Shown: positions 26,143-38,544, counted from the first letter of the whole stretch. The stretch is 63,717 nt of DNA, filler included, from Basidiobolus ranarum (GCA_040143965.1; 19 parts of 19 records of this genome joined end to end with filler, not necessarily neighbours in it); one strand, 5' to 3'. Notes: generated from the letters alone by a model not told the origin. Program-made: numbers and translations.

Positions 26143-26832
26143 TTAGTTCAGGTTCAAACCTTTTGCAACGCGTGCACCAAGGTCAGCATCAGCCTTACGG
26201 AATATCTCTAGCTGACGTTTTTGAATGATTGGATTGGCACCGCCTAAATGACCAACTAGATTACTCACCATTCGAGATTTGCCATCCTCTGATTGCACCT
26301 GGTACAGGTTACCTGCTTGGACGTAGTCATCATCTGCTATGGGCACCACATACCGATCTACTACGCCGTGAACCTTCTCCATATTTTTGGTTTGAGGATA
26401 CGATTTACCATGGATGTGAAGTTGCTTGAAGGCTCCCTCATGCATACTATTCGGCTCATAATTGGGTTCTGAGCCAAAGTTACCATTAACTGTCATAAAT
26501 CCATCGCGCTGATGGTGGAAAACAGGGCACTGAGGTTGATTTATAGGAATTTGACTGAAATTGGGGCCTAGACGGTAGCGATGGGCGTCAGGGTAGGCAA
26601 AAATTCGCCCTTGCAACATTTTATCAACAGAAGGTTCAATGCCGGGAACCATGTTGGAGGGTGAGAATGCCACTTGTTCAGTATCGGCAAAGTAGTTTTC
26701 GGGGTTTCTATTCAACACCATCTTTCCAACCTCTTGAAGAGGGAAGTCTTTATGAGGCCACACCTTCGTGATATCGAAAGGATCCCAGCGATAGCTAGCA
26801 GCTTGCTCAGGCTCCATGACTTGAATATGTAC
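26143..26832 (-). CDS. Small-subunit heme catalase, C-terminal part (5' truncated)
   Basis: DPFDITKVWPH, LNRNPENYF, proximal heme motif RIFAYPDAH, PNYEPNS. Confidence 0.96.
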   Translation of the reverse strand, partial: VHIQVMEPEQAASYRWDPFDITKVWPHKDFPLQEVGKMVLNRNPENYFADTEQVAFSPSNMVPGIEPSVDKMLQGRIFAYPDAHRYRLGPNFSQIPINQPQCPVFHHQRDGFMTVNGNFGSEPNYEPNSMHEGAFKQLHIHGKSYPQTKNMEKVHGVVDRYVVPIADDDYVQAGNLYQVQSEDGKSRMVSNLVGHLGGANPIIQKRQLEIFRKADADLGARVAKGLNLN

Positions 26833-28019
26833 NNNNNNNNNNNNNNNNNNNNNNNNNNNNNNNNNNNNNNNNNNNNTTAATTAATTAANNNNNNNNNNNN
26901 NNNNNNNNNNNNNNNNNNNNNNNNNNNNNNNNATCTGATGCCAGATTAGATTAGTAATGGGCTAGAAAGGCAGAAACTTTATTACTTTTGGAGGACAAGT
27001 CTGAGTATCTGTGAACCAGAATTCCCAATATGGGCCTAATACAAATCGAGATCGACAATTGGATTCATTGCTCTCTATTTGATACTGCAATGAAAGCTAC
27101 TTACAGTAATTGCATTCATCCGAAAACACCCCCAACCCTAAGGAGGATATCGGAAAGACGGTTCACCTTTACCTCATCCTTGTATGAGGCTTCGAAAATG
27201 ATTGGCAAACCTAGACAGAGATACTGTTGAGGTTAGATCTGTATTAACTAGTCTGATTTGGTCATGTCTCCAATGGGGGGAAGGAACGCTTTCGCATATA
27301 CTAGCGCATTCAGCGATGGATTAAAAAAAAGAATGCAAGAAGTAAGCGATTTCAATATGTTGGCTAAATTACTGTCGATCGTAAACATATCTCGAGCCTG
27401 GTATAGCCGATGATTCTAAGAAAGAGAGGAACGTCGAAGGCCCAATAGAAATCCAGAGAATATTGATTTCCTATTGGATCCACGAAGGAAACAATCTTAC
27501 TACTGAACAGCTTTTAGTTAAAGTGTAATTTATCGATGCCAAGCAAATGAGGAATGATCTTTAAAATAGATTAAACGGTTGACATATTGTTCCTTCAAAG
27601 TCACGCTTCCGCATGAGGCTATGTTGTATATTGGAACCTGATAAGTGTCAACACCCTCGTTTTACAATCACCCTCCTCATTCTTAACATCAACGTTCCTC
27701 TAGATCAAGAGATTTATGACTTGCCATGCTGGAATATCGATGATTGTCAGCTAAAGTTAGCTTGCAATCATATATGAAGCATTGCATGTTGCATATGTTA
27801 GTTCATGTATAGGTTTATTTATCCAGGACTTCATATATATATATATTACTTGTAGGGTATGCAACAGTCTAGCACTTTTGTATAAGTATCATATTGTAAC
27901 TAAGTAATCAGAATTGGCGTAACAATAGCTTGTTTTTTTAGTTCGCAGCTCTTTTCAATTGCCAATACCTTGTTTTGACTGAAAAATATGCCCGTTGCTG
28001 AGATTCCCGCTTACACTTA

Positions 28020-28283
28020 TTGGCTTATTGAGTTGAAAGTCAACATTTATAGTTTTGTCAAGATGTAAACAAACAATTATGTAGAATGCGTTAATAAAGG
28101 TCCCAGGAACATGTGTACAAAGTATAGGGCTTCTTTGAATAATCGATATATCTGAGAACTTCTAAGTATATTCCGATCAAGAATAGTTGATATCTTAATG
28201 AAATATGGAATAACTAAATACTAAGCTATATATGACTATATAGATGTTTATACTATGCCAATTTCAACACTCTCCCTCGACTA
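28020..28283 (-). repeat. Copia family B 3' LTR (partial) and PPT
   Basis: Minus strand AGTCGAGGGAGAG then TGTTGAAAT at 28269. Matches LTR-B. Confidence 0.8.
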
Positions 28284-30192
28284 AGTAGTCATACAAACTA
28301 ATCCTAAGGAAGATATAAAATTCTCAAATTTCTACCTAGCTAATGGTTTGGTTAATATATCAGCAATCATGTTTTCTGTTGAACAATAAGTTAAGTCAAT
28401 AAACTTATTTTCTATAGTCACTTTAATAAAATATTGTCTAATATCTATATGTTTGGTTCTAGTATCAAATATGAGATTTCTAGTTAATGTGATACCACTT
28501 TGATATCTTGAAATATAGTTGTTGGTGGGTTTTATTGTAGTCCAAATCTGTTAGGAGTTGTCTTAACCACATTGCTGCTTTTGTTGCTTCACAAGCAGCC
28601 ATACATTCTGCCTCTATTGTTGAAAGTGCTATAGTAGGTCATTGCTTTAAATTCCTAGTAACAGCTCCATTATAGCATAGAAACATATATCTTGTTTTAG
28701 ATCTCCTGTCTTCTATATCTCTTCACCAGTATATATATGAGAATCCTATCAGATCAAAGGTTTGATCTAGAATATATATATTTCAAGCACAGATCTGTGA
28801 TGTTGAGGATATTGGTATGTAACTCCCATAGAGTATGCAACATCTGGCTATCTTACAACCATAATGTACATTAAGCTTTGAACCATAGACTGATATTAAA
28901 TTTATGACTGTCATTTGAATAAAAAAACTGATTTGAGCCATTTTTGGCCAAATTAGGATTTGTCTCCATTACAGTAGATACTGGACTGCATTCTTCCATT
29001 CTAAGATGTATTTAGACTGTTCAGAGTAATAGATTTGCTCAATATATCTGTATGGATCTGCAGGCCCAAAAAATACATCAGTTCACCTAAATTGGTCATC
29101 TGGAATTGGACTGATAGATCTCTTTTGGTGTTCCTGAAAGCTTCATCATTGTTGGTAGCTATATCAGATCATTTACATATAAGGCAAGTATCACCTTACT
29201 GTCCTTATCTGTCGTAAAGTAGATCTCAAAATCCGCCTTACCCTTTTGGAAATCAAGAGATTCCAAGTATGTGTCTATCTTAGTGTACCAAACCCTGGGT
29301 GATTGTTTAAGTCCATTAAGTGATTTTTAAAGCTTACACATGTCCTCTGGGGGCTCAGGATCCATAAAACCATCTGGTTGATCCATGAATATATCCTCTT
29401 CCAAGTCCCCATTCAATAAAGCAGTTTTAACATCCATTTGATGGATTTTAAGCTGTGTTTTACTGCTACTGCTAGTATGATTCTGATGGAATTAAACTTT
29501 GCTACCGGAGCAAATGTTTCATTATAGTCTACTCCTTCCATTTGAGAGTATACTTTAGCCACAAGTCTGGCTTTATATCTTTCTATGTGTCTATCTTAGT
29601 GTACCAGGCCCTGGGTGATTGTTTAAGCCCATAAAGTGATTTTTGTTGCTTACACATGTCCTTAGGGTGCTCAGGATCCACAAAACCATCTGGTTGATCT
29701 ATGAATATATCCTCTTCCAAGTCCCCATTCAAAAAAGCAGCTTTAACATCCATTTGATGAATGTTTAGGCTGTGTTTTACTGCTGCTGCTAGTATGATTC
29801 TGATGGAATTAAACTTTGCTACAGGAGCAAATGTTTCAGTATAGTCTACTCCTTCCATTTGAGAGTATACATTAGCCACAAGTCTGGCTTTATATCTTTC
29901 TACAGATCTATCAGCTCTCTATTTACCTTTAAACACCCATTTGCATCCAATTGATTTTTGGTCATCAGGTAACTTAACCAAGGTCCAAGTTTGGTTATCT
30001 ATGAGTGACTGATACTCCTCTGCCATTGCAGCACTCCAAAACTTTGTGTTGGGACTCTCCATAGCCTCCTGTACTGATTTGGGTTCATCAGAAAAGGCTA
30101 AATTAGCACTAGGCTCCTTTTGGCTAGTGTGAGAGTAGTAATCAGGTGGAGATCTCATCCAATTGGATCTCCTAAGATGGGAAATTGGCACT
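28284..30192 (-). mobile_element. Copia RT-RNase H pseudogene with internal tandem duplication
   Basis: EPKSVQEA, IGCKWVFK, HQMDVKAAFLNG, SLYGLKQSPRAW and MIADILTKPL. 29268-29585 is duplicated at 29584-29902. Confidence 0.93.
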
Positions 30193-30292
30193 NNNNNNNN
30201 NNNNNNNNNNNNNNNNNNNNNNNNNNNNNNNNNNNNTTAATTAATTAANNNNNNNNNNNNNNNNNNNNNNNNNNNNNNNNNNNNNNNNNNNN

Positions 30293-30376
30293 CAGCATAT
30301 TCCACATCCCTTGACTTGATTAGCTTCTTATTTTCAGTGTCATACAGTCTGTACCCTTTTGTCCCATCACAATATG
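30293..30376 (-). pseudogene. Copia integrase C-terminal fragment
   Basis: YCDGTKGYRLYDTENKKLIKSRDVEY. Confidence 0.75.
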
Positions 30377-30599
30377 TTGCAGATAGTTGTAGTAATGCAA
30401 AGGTAACACAAAGTGTGCTGGCGCTAAGGCGGACAACGTCGCGTACAAGGCACGTAACTAACTTGGTAAGATTGTAACATTTCCTATTTGAAATGAAGGT
30501 TGATAGCTAGGCATACTAGGAAATTCTATAAGCGGAAAACAAATGCAGTAAAAAAATGCCCTCTTAGCCATCTAAAATTACATTGGCTGTAGCTGATTT

Positions 30600-31750
30600 G
30601 GACCCAGATGTCAATTAGTCATATATTCGAACTCAAAGGGTATAATGAATTTATTGATGCTGATGTTTTTATAGCATTAAGAATTTAAAATGCACGTGGA
30701 GAGTAGTATTCTGGGTTTGAAAAACGAGAAACCTTAAGACCATATGACTCTGCTAGGGCCTGTTTTTTGGCGGCGACGGTATCATCTGCAGTTATAATGC
30801 GCCATAGGAAAAATCTAATTTTCATTAGTGAACTTTTTACAATTGACTGGGGTGAAACTCCGGAAGTCTATAAATAATTTCAGGACATATGAAGGATACT
30901 CAATTGGCTGTAGATAGCCCATCCTGATACTATTCCAATTATTGCACTGACTTTTTTCGATTGCTGTCTGCACAATGTACTTTTAATGGCCACTTACACA
31001 TGAGATGCCTTTCAACTACTCTCGTAAGTCCTGGGACTTACTCTAGGATCATTGCTCAGGTTTGCATTTGGAATCAACACTAAAGATACAACGGAGATAC
31101 GGTGTTAGTGGATTGCTTCCGTGGAATTTGGAGAGTTTGAACAAATTTATTAGGTTTAGTGCTTCATCAATTGCTATCCAGACCAAGTTAAAAATAACCG
31201 TATGCATGGGAGTGGTTTTTGATACTAACTATTGATATTTCAAAGCTGTGCTAAAGGGGTAAATTAGTGTCCTGAAGTGTTCATTGGGCGTTTTCTTTAC
31301 TTCTTAACTTGATTCCATTTACCACAAAACACCAACCGTATAGGCTGCTCAAATCGGCGACTATAGCCCCATCCATTTTTGGTACTTGAATAGCTAAATC
31401 AACGGAATTTATTAATTCCCGCAATCATCTTAACGTGCATAAGTGGTGTGGTTGTACTGATATAGCTCAGAACGGTAGCCCTGATTAGAGAAGTTGCACA
31501 AGGTTCAACTGATGCGATCGGATTGAATGTATAATTCAAGATATGTGATATTCGCTCGTGCTTTGTATAAAGAAATTGGTTATAACCAACGCTAATCGAA
31601 AAATATCTGCCACACATGCACTCCTTGAATCTTACACATTTTTTAGTACGATAGGTTCTATTCACCATTTCCTTAGCACCGTCATAAACATTATTAGGAT
31701 GGTTCAGACGTTGAACAGTCGTGCCATGATCCACAGGCCAGTATCCATAA
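30600..31750 (+). pseudogene. Possible piggyBac-like (PGBD) transposase relic
   Basis: Weak remnants CR*PHP and LVSPGTYSRIIA resemble PGBD RKPHP and L..PW.GS.R.I.ADS motifs. Confidence 0.25.
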
Positions 31751-32993
31751 CCTATAGGTTCGGCCAATTCCTTTACAGAACTTTATAGAACGGTCTATTT
31801 AAACTTCCTGGACAAGGAGTCGGCTCTGAGCGGCTGAGTTGTACTGACCGAAAATAAATGTTTGCGGAGTACTGCAAAGCGATCTAGTAACAAGGGATAG
31901 CAATCAAGATAAGCATCAAGCAAATCATGTGTATCACTGTGTACATGATATTGTGTTAAGCCATATACCTAATAGTCTAGAATATCTGAGGAGTCAGATA
32001 GCAACTTACTTTGATAGGTGTTGTTCCACTCAACTACTATGCTAGATTTGTACATTAATCTCTTCGTGTTACAATGTCACTTCCGGCTTTACTTCAGTAG
32101 TTTTACTATCCTCAAGATATTTATGCGAGGGCGGTTGACTTAGAGTTGATAGTAAGCACTTCAAAAATATCTATAGACATCCAAGTGTATTGTGTCCAAC
32201 GGGAAAGTGACAACTAGTCTTCTTTACCTGGTCATATCAGAAATCATGAATTCGTGTCACTGGATAATCTGTCAATAGAAGTCTAGAACAAAAGTCTATA
32301 TCAGGCATATTGACGTTGAATACACCTACAACCAAGGTTACCTCGATCTGTTCCCGCGCAACCAACCAAACGTCACTAGACAAGCATCATCAGGCCAATA
32401 GACTTGTGGTTCAGTGGTTCCACCATGTATCTTCGGTTCGGATTACATCTGCATCCTAATGTATCCGGATCGGATCCATCGGGTTAGCCTTAAGTGGCAT
32501 ACTAAGACATTTGCCATGTTCCTTAACACAATATGTAAAAGTGCCTATTTGATGAATTCAAAATATTTCACGCAAAGAAAGGTCAATAACTAATCTGTAT
32601 TCCGTAACGACGTATTATGGAAATGCTATTCCACTTTGATCGTACTTTTGGGGGGGGGGTGTTTCCCAGCTCAGGTACCAATACCGAGAATATATATCTT
32701 GTATACATAACACGCCATTACTACGTCGACCAAAGCCAGCTTTCGCGTTGCATCATGTCATTGTTAGTCACGAAGTAGTGCTTTTCTTTCCTGTTGCAAT
32801 GATCATTATCCAAGAGGAGTGAGCCTGCCTTGCTTTTCAATATTGATCTGGTTAATCTCTTGACAGTAGCTCTAAATACATTTACACTTACTAAATTCAT
32901 TGATTGAGTGATAATTGCAATAAATGTGCCATTAACTATAACCAAGTCATTTAAACACATATTTGCATTGTCTAAGCACTATGTTTATGGTAA

Positions 32994-33551
32994 GGTTAGG
33001 GGGGATGAATAGTGCCAGGTGGTGTGGACTTTATTTAGCTTATATACTAAGCTCAACAAACTTACAATCAAGACATTAATCTCTTAAGATATTGTGACAA
33101 TACTGGATCATATCCATTATTGTGCACCTACATACAAAGTTGATTAACTTATGCCATATCTATATAACTTACATAAATATATGTTTTGCTTATCATTATT
33201 GCTAAATAGCCACCTGACCTTATCCAGTGACTCAATCATCTGACTTATCACATGACTAACTGTCTATTCTCTTATCCCTTCTATCAGATCATATGATCAA
33301 TCACATGATCATTATGCAATCAGTATTAAACTCTGAGTCATCTGCCCAGATACAAGTCAATATAAGTCACAAGATTCATAACCAATGATCTTTCACTGCC
33401 AAGACTTCAGCTGATACATGACTCACATATTAATCTATCTATCTATCCAATCATATTGTCTTTTATCAGAATTAGTCATTTAATATCTTGGGTATAGATG
33501 TTCTGGTAAGGGTAAGGGAGGGTAAGGAGGAAAAGAGGGGGTCGGGGGGAC
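32994..33551 (+). repeat. Unclassified repeat shared with 51521-52266
   Basis: Blocks GTTAGGGGGATGAA...ATATACTAA and GGGAGGGTAAGGA.GAAAAGAGGGGGTC recur in the same order in both contigs. Confidence 0.6.
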
Positions 33552-34996
33552 NNNNNNNNNNNNNNNNNNNNNNNNNNNNNNNNNNNNNNNNNNNNTTAAT
33601 TAATTAANNNNNNNNNNNNNNNNNNNNNNNNNNNNNNNNNNNNNNNNNNNNTGTATACAATAGTGTTGAGATTCAGCACTTGAATGAAACATGTGGCATT
33701 ACTAAGTGTGCCAACTTTATGCTTTGATTTGCCTTTTTACACACCTAACCCTGATTAATATACGACATCTGATCTATCCAATCAGTCATACGGTGCGAAA
33801 TACGAAAGTCGATTTTCCTTGGACTGCCAATCTACGCTTTCTCCACTCTGTTACTAGTGGTACTAAATGTAGAGGAACGCGTAAGTGAAAAGGCGTTATG
33901 TCAGAAGGTTTCGCCAGATCATTGTGATGTCAAAAGATGGAGCGGGACAAGTTGATCCATTTTCGGATAAATTTACTTATGGTACTACTTAGGACACTCT
34001 TCGGATAGGGTGGGCATATAGATTGATTCCAATATATAAATTAACTAGAGATCTTTTGAAAATCTAGGTATTCACCGTTCTTCTTAGACTGCACACTTTT
34101 TGGTGGTATATAGCATTTGGAATACCGGCCTTCATCAGTGTCAAGTAGCCATATAACTGTGATTAATTGCTTCCGGTCGCTACACAGAAGTAGTAGCTGC
34201 CCTGCTACTGTCGTCAACAGCAACGCCTTGAAAATGTCACTTTGAATATAAGGATGCACTAAAACAGAATGTCCTTGAAAGGCAAATCCTAATAGAATTT
34301 CCATTATTCTATTTTCTCCGGAAATCGTTTATTCAATATCCAAACTTTGTGTTACACCAACTTAACTTCAAAGCCCGCCTCAAATTGACCAGTACCAGCG
34401 AAGTTTTGCCACGATGTATGACTGCCAAGTCTTCAAAATGTACACCAAGGGAATTTCATTACTACCCCTCTTATCTGTCATCATTCTATCCAAATTTTGT
34501 CCTTACTCTACTATAACAAACGGATTGTACTTTTAATTCTAGAAATCAAACTTTAATTGTGTAAATATGTATATATATAGACAAAGTTTGAGGAGTGTTG
34601 AGCGGGTTTAAATCCATCTTGTAGTCAGCAGGTTTACCTGAAGTTATGCTCACTAGAATGATCACGTTTTTGTGGAAACCTGAAAAAGATTAAATATAAT
34701 CACAAAATCTAAATATTGACTAAATGTAAACCAATAATTAACCAATACACCCGGAATTATGATCTTGAAAAAAAAGCATGAGTTCGATGTAAATTATCAA
34801 TAGAATTACTATTAGAGTAATAGCAATTTATTAACAAATTAAATCAGTAGTTTTTGACTTTACATGGGCCAAAATAAACTTCAGAATAAACCTTCAACAT
34901 TATTACCATTCCTTTTTTGAAACAATCCATTACCTCCATTCTCGATAATTTTGACATTACAAACAACCTTTTCAAAAAAAATATTCATCTTCCGAA

Positions 34997-35794
34997 ATGC
35001 CTAGAATTAGTAAAAATATTACAACTGATGCACGCATTTCTGTTTCTTCTCACTATTTGAAGCGTAGTGGAGCATGTGAACTCTTACTAGGAAAGTATGA
35101 TTTTAACACTCCTGGCCTTTGCTTCAAAGGAACCGTCATCACCACCAATAATGGCCCTGATGGCAATATCATATGCGAAGTTAGATTAGATGATCTTCCT
35201 GATCATATATTCAAGTTATTTGGGAATTCGCTCAAGTACGAGGGCCCTAGGACTAGCCCAGCCCATGTTCCTGAGCCTTTGGAATCTTTGAGTGACTAGT
35301 ATGTTATTGTACCATGGATTACATCCAATCATGCAGGTGACCAAGAGGATGTACTGGCCTCGGGAAATGCCTCGCACTGATATCATCCAGTGCCTTCGTC
35401 CTGAGCGTGGCAGCTCTGGTTGCTATGTCGAAGACGGATCACAATGGTCATAATATCCTTGTCTGCGCGGATATCCGAATTTAAAAGCAGGCCTGGATTC
35501 TCTTTGCTTGAGAAAGTAAAAAACATGAAGAACAATTTTCAACCAACCGAAGCAAGCCTAATATACACTAGAAGTAGATACGCAAAAGGAGTGCATGCTT
35601 ATGTGGTCCTTTCTGGGCCTTCAAAGCGCAAGAGACAGACTTGCAAGTTTTGTGTACAACGGGGATTGAAGCCTGAACGAGTTTTAAAAAGATGTCTATG
35701 TGACCAGAGGGCCATGTGTTCAAGCTGCCATGCTCATCATTTTGCTGAAGAATTGAACAAAAAAAAAGAATTTACTTTACATCTTAATAAATAG
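34997..35794 (+). mobile_element. Internally deleted DNA-transposon gene with piggyBac-like Cys-rich C-terminus
   Basis: A 100-aa N-terminal ORF, then a frame ending KRKRQTCKFC...RCLCDQRAMCSSCHAHH. No DDE core between them. Confidence 0.45.
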
Positions 35795-36195
35795 CTTTTT
35801 TGTTCTTTTTTTGTGTTTTTATGATCGGCCACAAAAGGACGATTGACGTTTTTGTAAAACCGATGAATTAAAAAACGAGATATTTGTAAGAAAAAAGTTC
35901 TTTTTTTTATACAAAAATTGATAGGAACGTTGAGAACATACTAAACAGCCAATATTATAAAGGATGGCTTGAGAAAAATGCTTTTTGATGGTTTAAATTA
36001 TTCTTTTGTAATCGGCCATTTGTGGCCGATTTTTCGAAATAGTACTTGTTAATAAACTAAGTAAAAAGGTGTGTGGGAAGAGAGAAAAGGCAACTTTCAT
36101 AGTGTCGGATGTGTAAAGGATCTATCTGTGATGAATGACACCTTGACATTTTGGATAAATAATTCGATTAAGTAGTTTATTTTGTTCATAAGTAT

Positions 36196-36821
36196 TTAGA
36201 AACCATGAATCTTGATGAGTTCCTTCTTAGTGATACCTTGTTGGACTAGGAAAGTAGCAACCTTAATACGTTGATCTCCTTGGAGCTGAATAACTTCACC
36301 CATTTCTTCGTCTTCAACAATGGTACCGTTGCAAGCAAAATCCTTCTTAAAAGCTTTGAGCATTCTCTTTTGGTCTAACTCAGCAGGAAGACCCTGGATG
36401 GTGGTTAAAGTCTTTCTACCATTACGTTGTTGAATACGAATATCTACAGTGGGATAGGGTTAAGGATGTAACTGTGTATATATTACATATAGTGGATGAG
36501 CTGTCCAACATATTATTGAAGTCTTGATCCAGGATAACTATGACTTTTTATGAATAAACCTCCTGGTCAATGTGTCCGCTACGGAGTTATTCGAAATGAA
36601 TTACCGTTATATGTTGAAAGTGACTAATTACTTTTCAAATTTCATGTACAAAAAGGGATACGAATATAACTGGTGGAGGAGGTGGTATTCTCTTCGTCAC
36701 CAATATCAGCGAAGGGATCTGTTCACATTAAAAAGTTAGAAGTTCCATCATTTGTAGAGTGGATTTACACGTAATTGTAGTTAGATTACTTACCGTAGGC
36801 TTTGAGATTCTCAATGGACAT
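36196..36821 (-). CDS. SUI1: Translation initiation factor eIF1; exons 36821-36794, 36718-36662, 36443-36196 (110 aa)
   Basis: Spliced product MSIENLKAYDPFADIGDEENTTSSTSYIHIRIQQRNGRKTLTTIQGL...FACNG...IQLQGDQR...IKIHGF*. Two GT-AG introns. Not in the ORF track. Confidence 0.97.
36499..36620 (-). ncRNA. Candidate structured intronic RNA (H/ACA-like) in eIF1 intron 2
   Basis: Stems 36504-36513/36609-36618 and 36524-36534/36561-36570, hairpin 36581-36607, and ACA directly after the closing stem. Confidence 0.35.
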
Positions 36822-37009
36822 AATACGTTTGGATGAGTTAAAAGAAAACTAAACACTAAAGTTACAAGGATGAGGTAAACGGGGAGCGTTTGAGAAATAT
36901 ATAGTGACCNNNNNNNNNNNNNNNNNNNNNNNNNNNNNNNNNNNNNNNNNNNNTTAATTAATTAANNNNNNNNNNNNNNNNNNNNNNNNNNNNNNNNNNN
37001 NNNNNNNNN

Positions 37010-37210
37010 TGATCCATAGTTCTCTGAGATTTTAGCCAATCATTTGCAACTATTTTGCGAGATCTTGAAATTTCACTCCTGAAACTGAAAAAATTGATTA
37101 AAATCAAATCTAACTTGATGATTTTATGACGGTAAGTAAACGGTCAATCCCAAATGGATTAAAATTGTGATGGTTTTCCTACGATAACAATCCTCAAATT
37201 TCTGTTAGGG
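37010..37210 (-). mobile_element. CACTA-like terminus A (young copy)
   Basis: Ends TCAAATTTCTGTTAGGG and abuts transposase sequence of the same family. Confidence 0.9.
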
Positions 37211-38542
37211 ATCAATATCCACCCATCTGGGCATTTATTCAAATGCAACAACCATAAGTATTGGATATGTATATATTCAAGTGGAATCTTGAAAAGATTT
37301 CTGCCTGATTAGTATTGGCCACATTTGGAGTTGTTTGTTGATATTGTTATTATTTTCTTATGGCATCAACTCACATTGGCAGATCTCTGGCAGATACAGC
37401 AACTGTGCAAAGATTTTGTAATTGAATACAAAAGACTAGATTACAGGTTTAAACAAGATAGACTGAATCTATGCCAGTATTCAATATGTTCCCTGCTGCA
37501 TCTTTCACAATGGTTAGTGATTATGTGCTCTGGCTATACATTCAGGGAGTTCCCAATGGAGCACACCTGAAGTCAAATCATGCCCCACGTGAAATTTTCA
37601 GTATTACCATATGCTGATATGATTATCAATATATTAGCAAAATCTGTGATGGACAAAATGCAACAGGTTAAGTAGACTCCAGATTATATAACCTTCCCAC
37701 AAAGGGTTCTTTTCAATGTGCACATGGGTTTTTGCATTATTAGAGTGCAATACCAGCACCAAAACCTAATCAATGAAAACAGATTAAGTACCTCTATAAC
37801 TCAGGCTAATTTGTTTGTGTGATGATCTAACAATATTTCTAGGAAAGCTGCAAGACTGACTGTTGGTTAGATAGATCAAGATACCCAATATTATTGTTTT
37901 AGCAATGGGGTAATCCATTCAAGCAATGACACATCTACTTGTGGCAGGCCATTTGTTGATGGTGAGCTGGTGATATTTTGGCTGAATGCTTTACCAAAAT
38001 TTGCCAAAGTACAATAGCTTATTGCATTATGAATGGTAACAAGACTCAGCTATTTGCCAAGTGTCAGTGCTATTCAAAATCTCAGTTGTTTTGCAATTTT
38101 TACACCATTAGTTTGCTGGTAAAGCGTAGTGCTGTTCTTGAGTTATTTCTTATCAATCAAGTATGTGCATATGTAGAGGCTAAACACAACAAGATTCTTA
38201 CATTTTTTGACTCTCATTATGGCTAGAATTAAAAGCCTAAAATTTCTAAATTAAGGCATGCATAGCAGTTTGAATTCCTATAGCAACAGACCCAGTAATT
38301 TGCCATTCAAAGATTAGATTTTTGCAAAAATTGCTGTAAGTTAAATATTGACACATGGCAGATATAAGGAACAATATTGTAACATTTATGAATACCATCA
38401 AAATACCATCAAGAAACCACTGTCACACCATCAAAATTCCTGGCAGAAAGCAAGCCAAGAATACTGTGATGATTATCTGATGGTATTGCAATCCGGAAGG
38501 ATGGATCCAATCCAGATCAAATTGATTTAATTTTTGTCAGGG
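37211..38542 (+). mobile_element. CACTA-like transposase 3' half (pseudogene) through terminus B
   Basis: WELFVDIV, SLLHLS, FPMEHT. Ends ATTTTTGTCAGGG, the reverse complement of CCCTGACAAAAAT. Confidence 0.88.
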
Positions 38543-38544
38543 TG

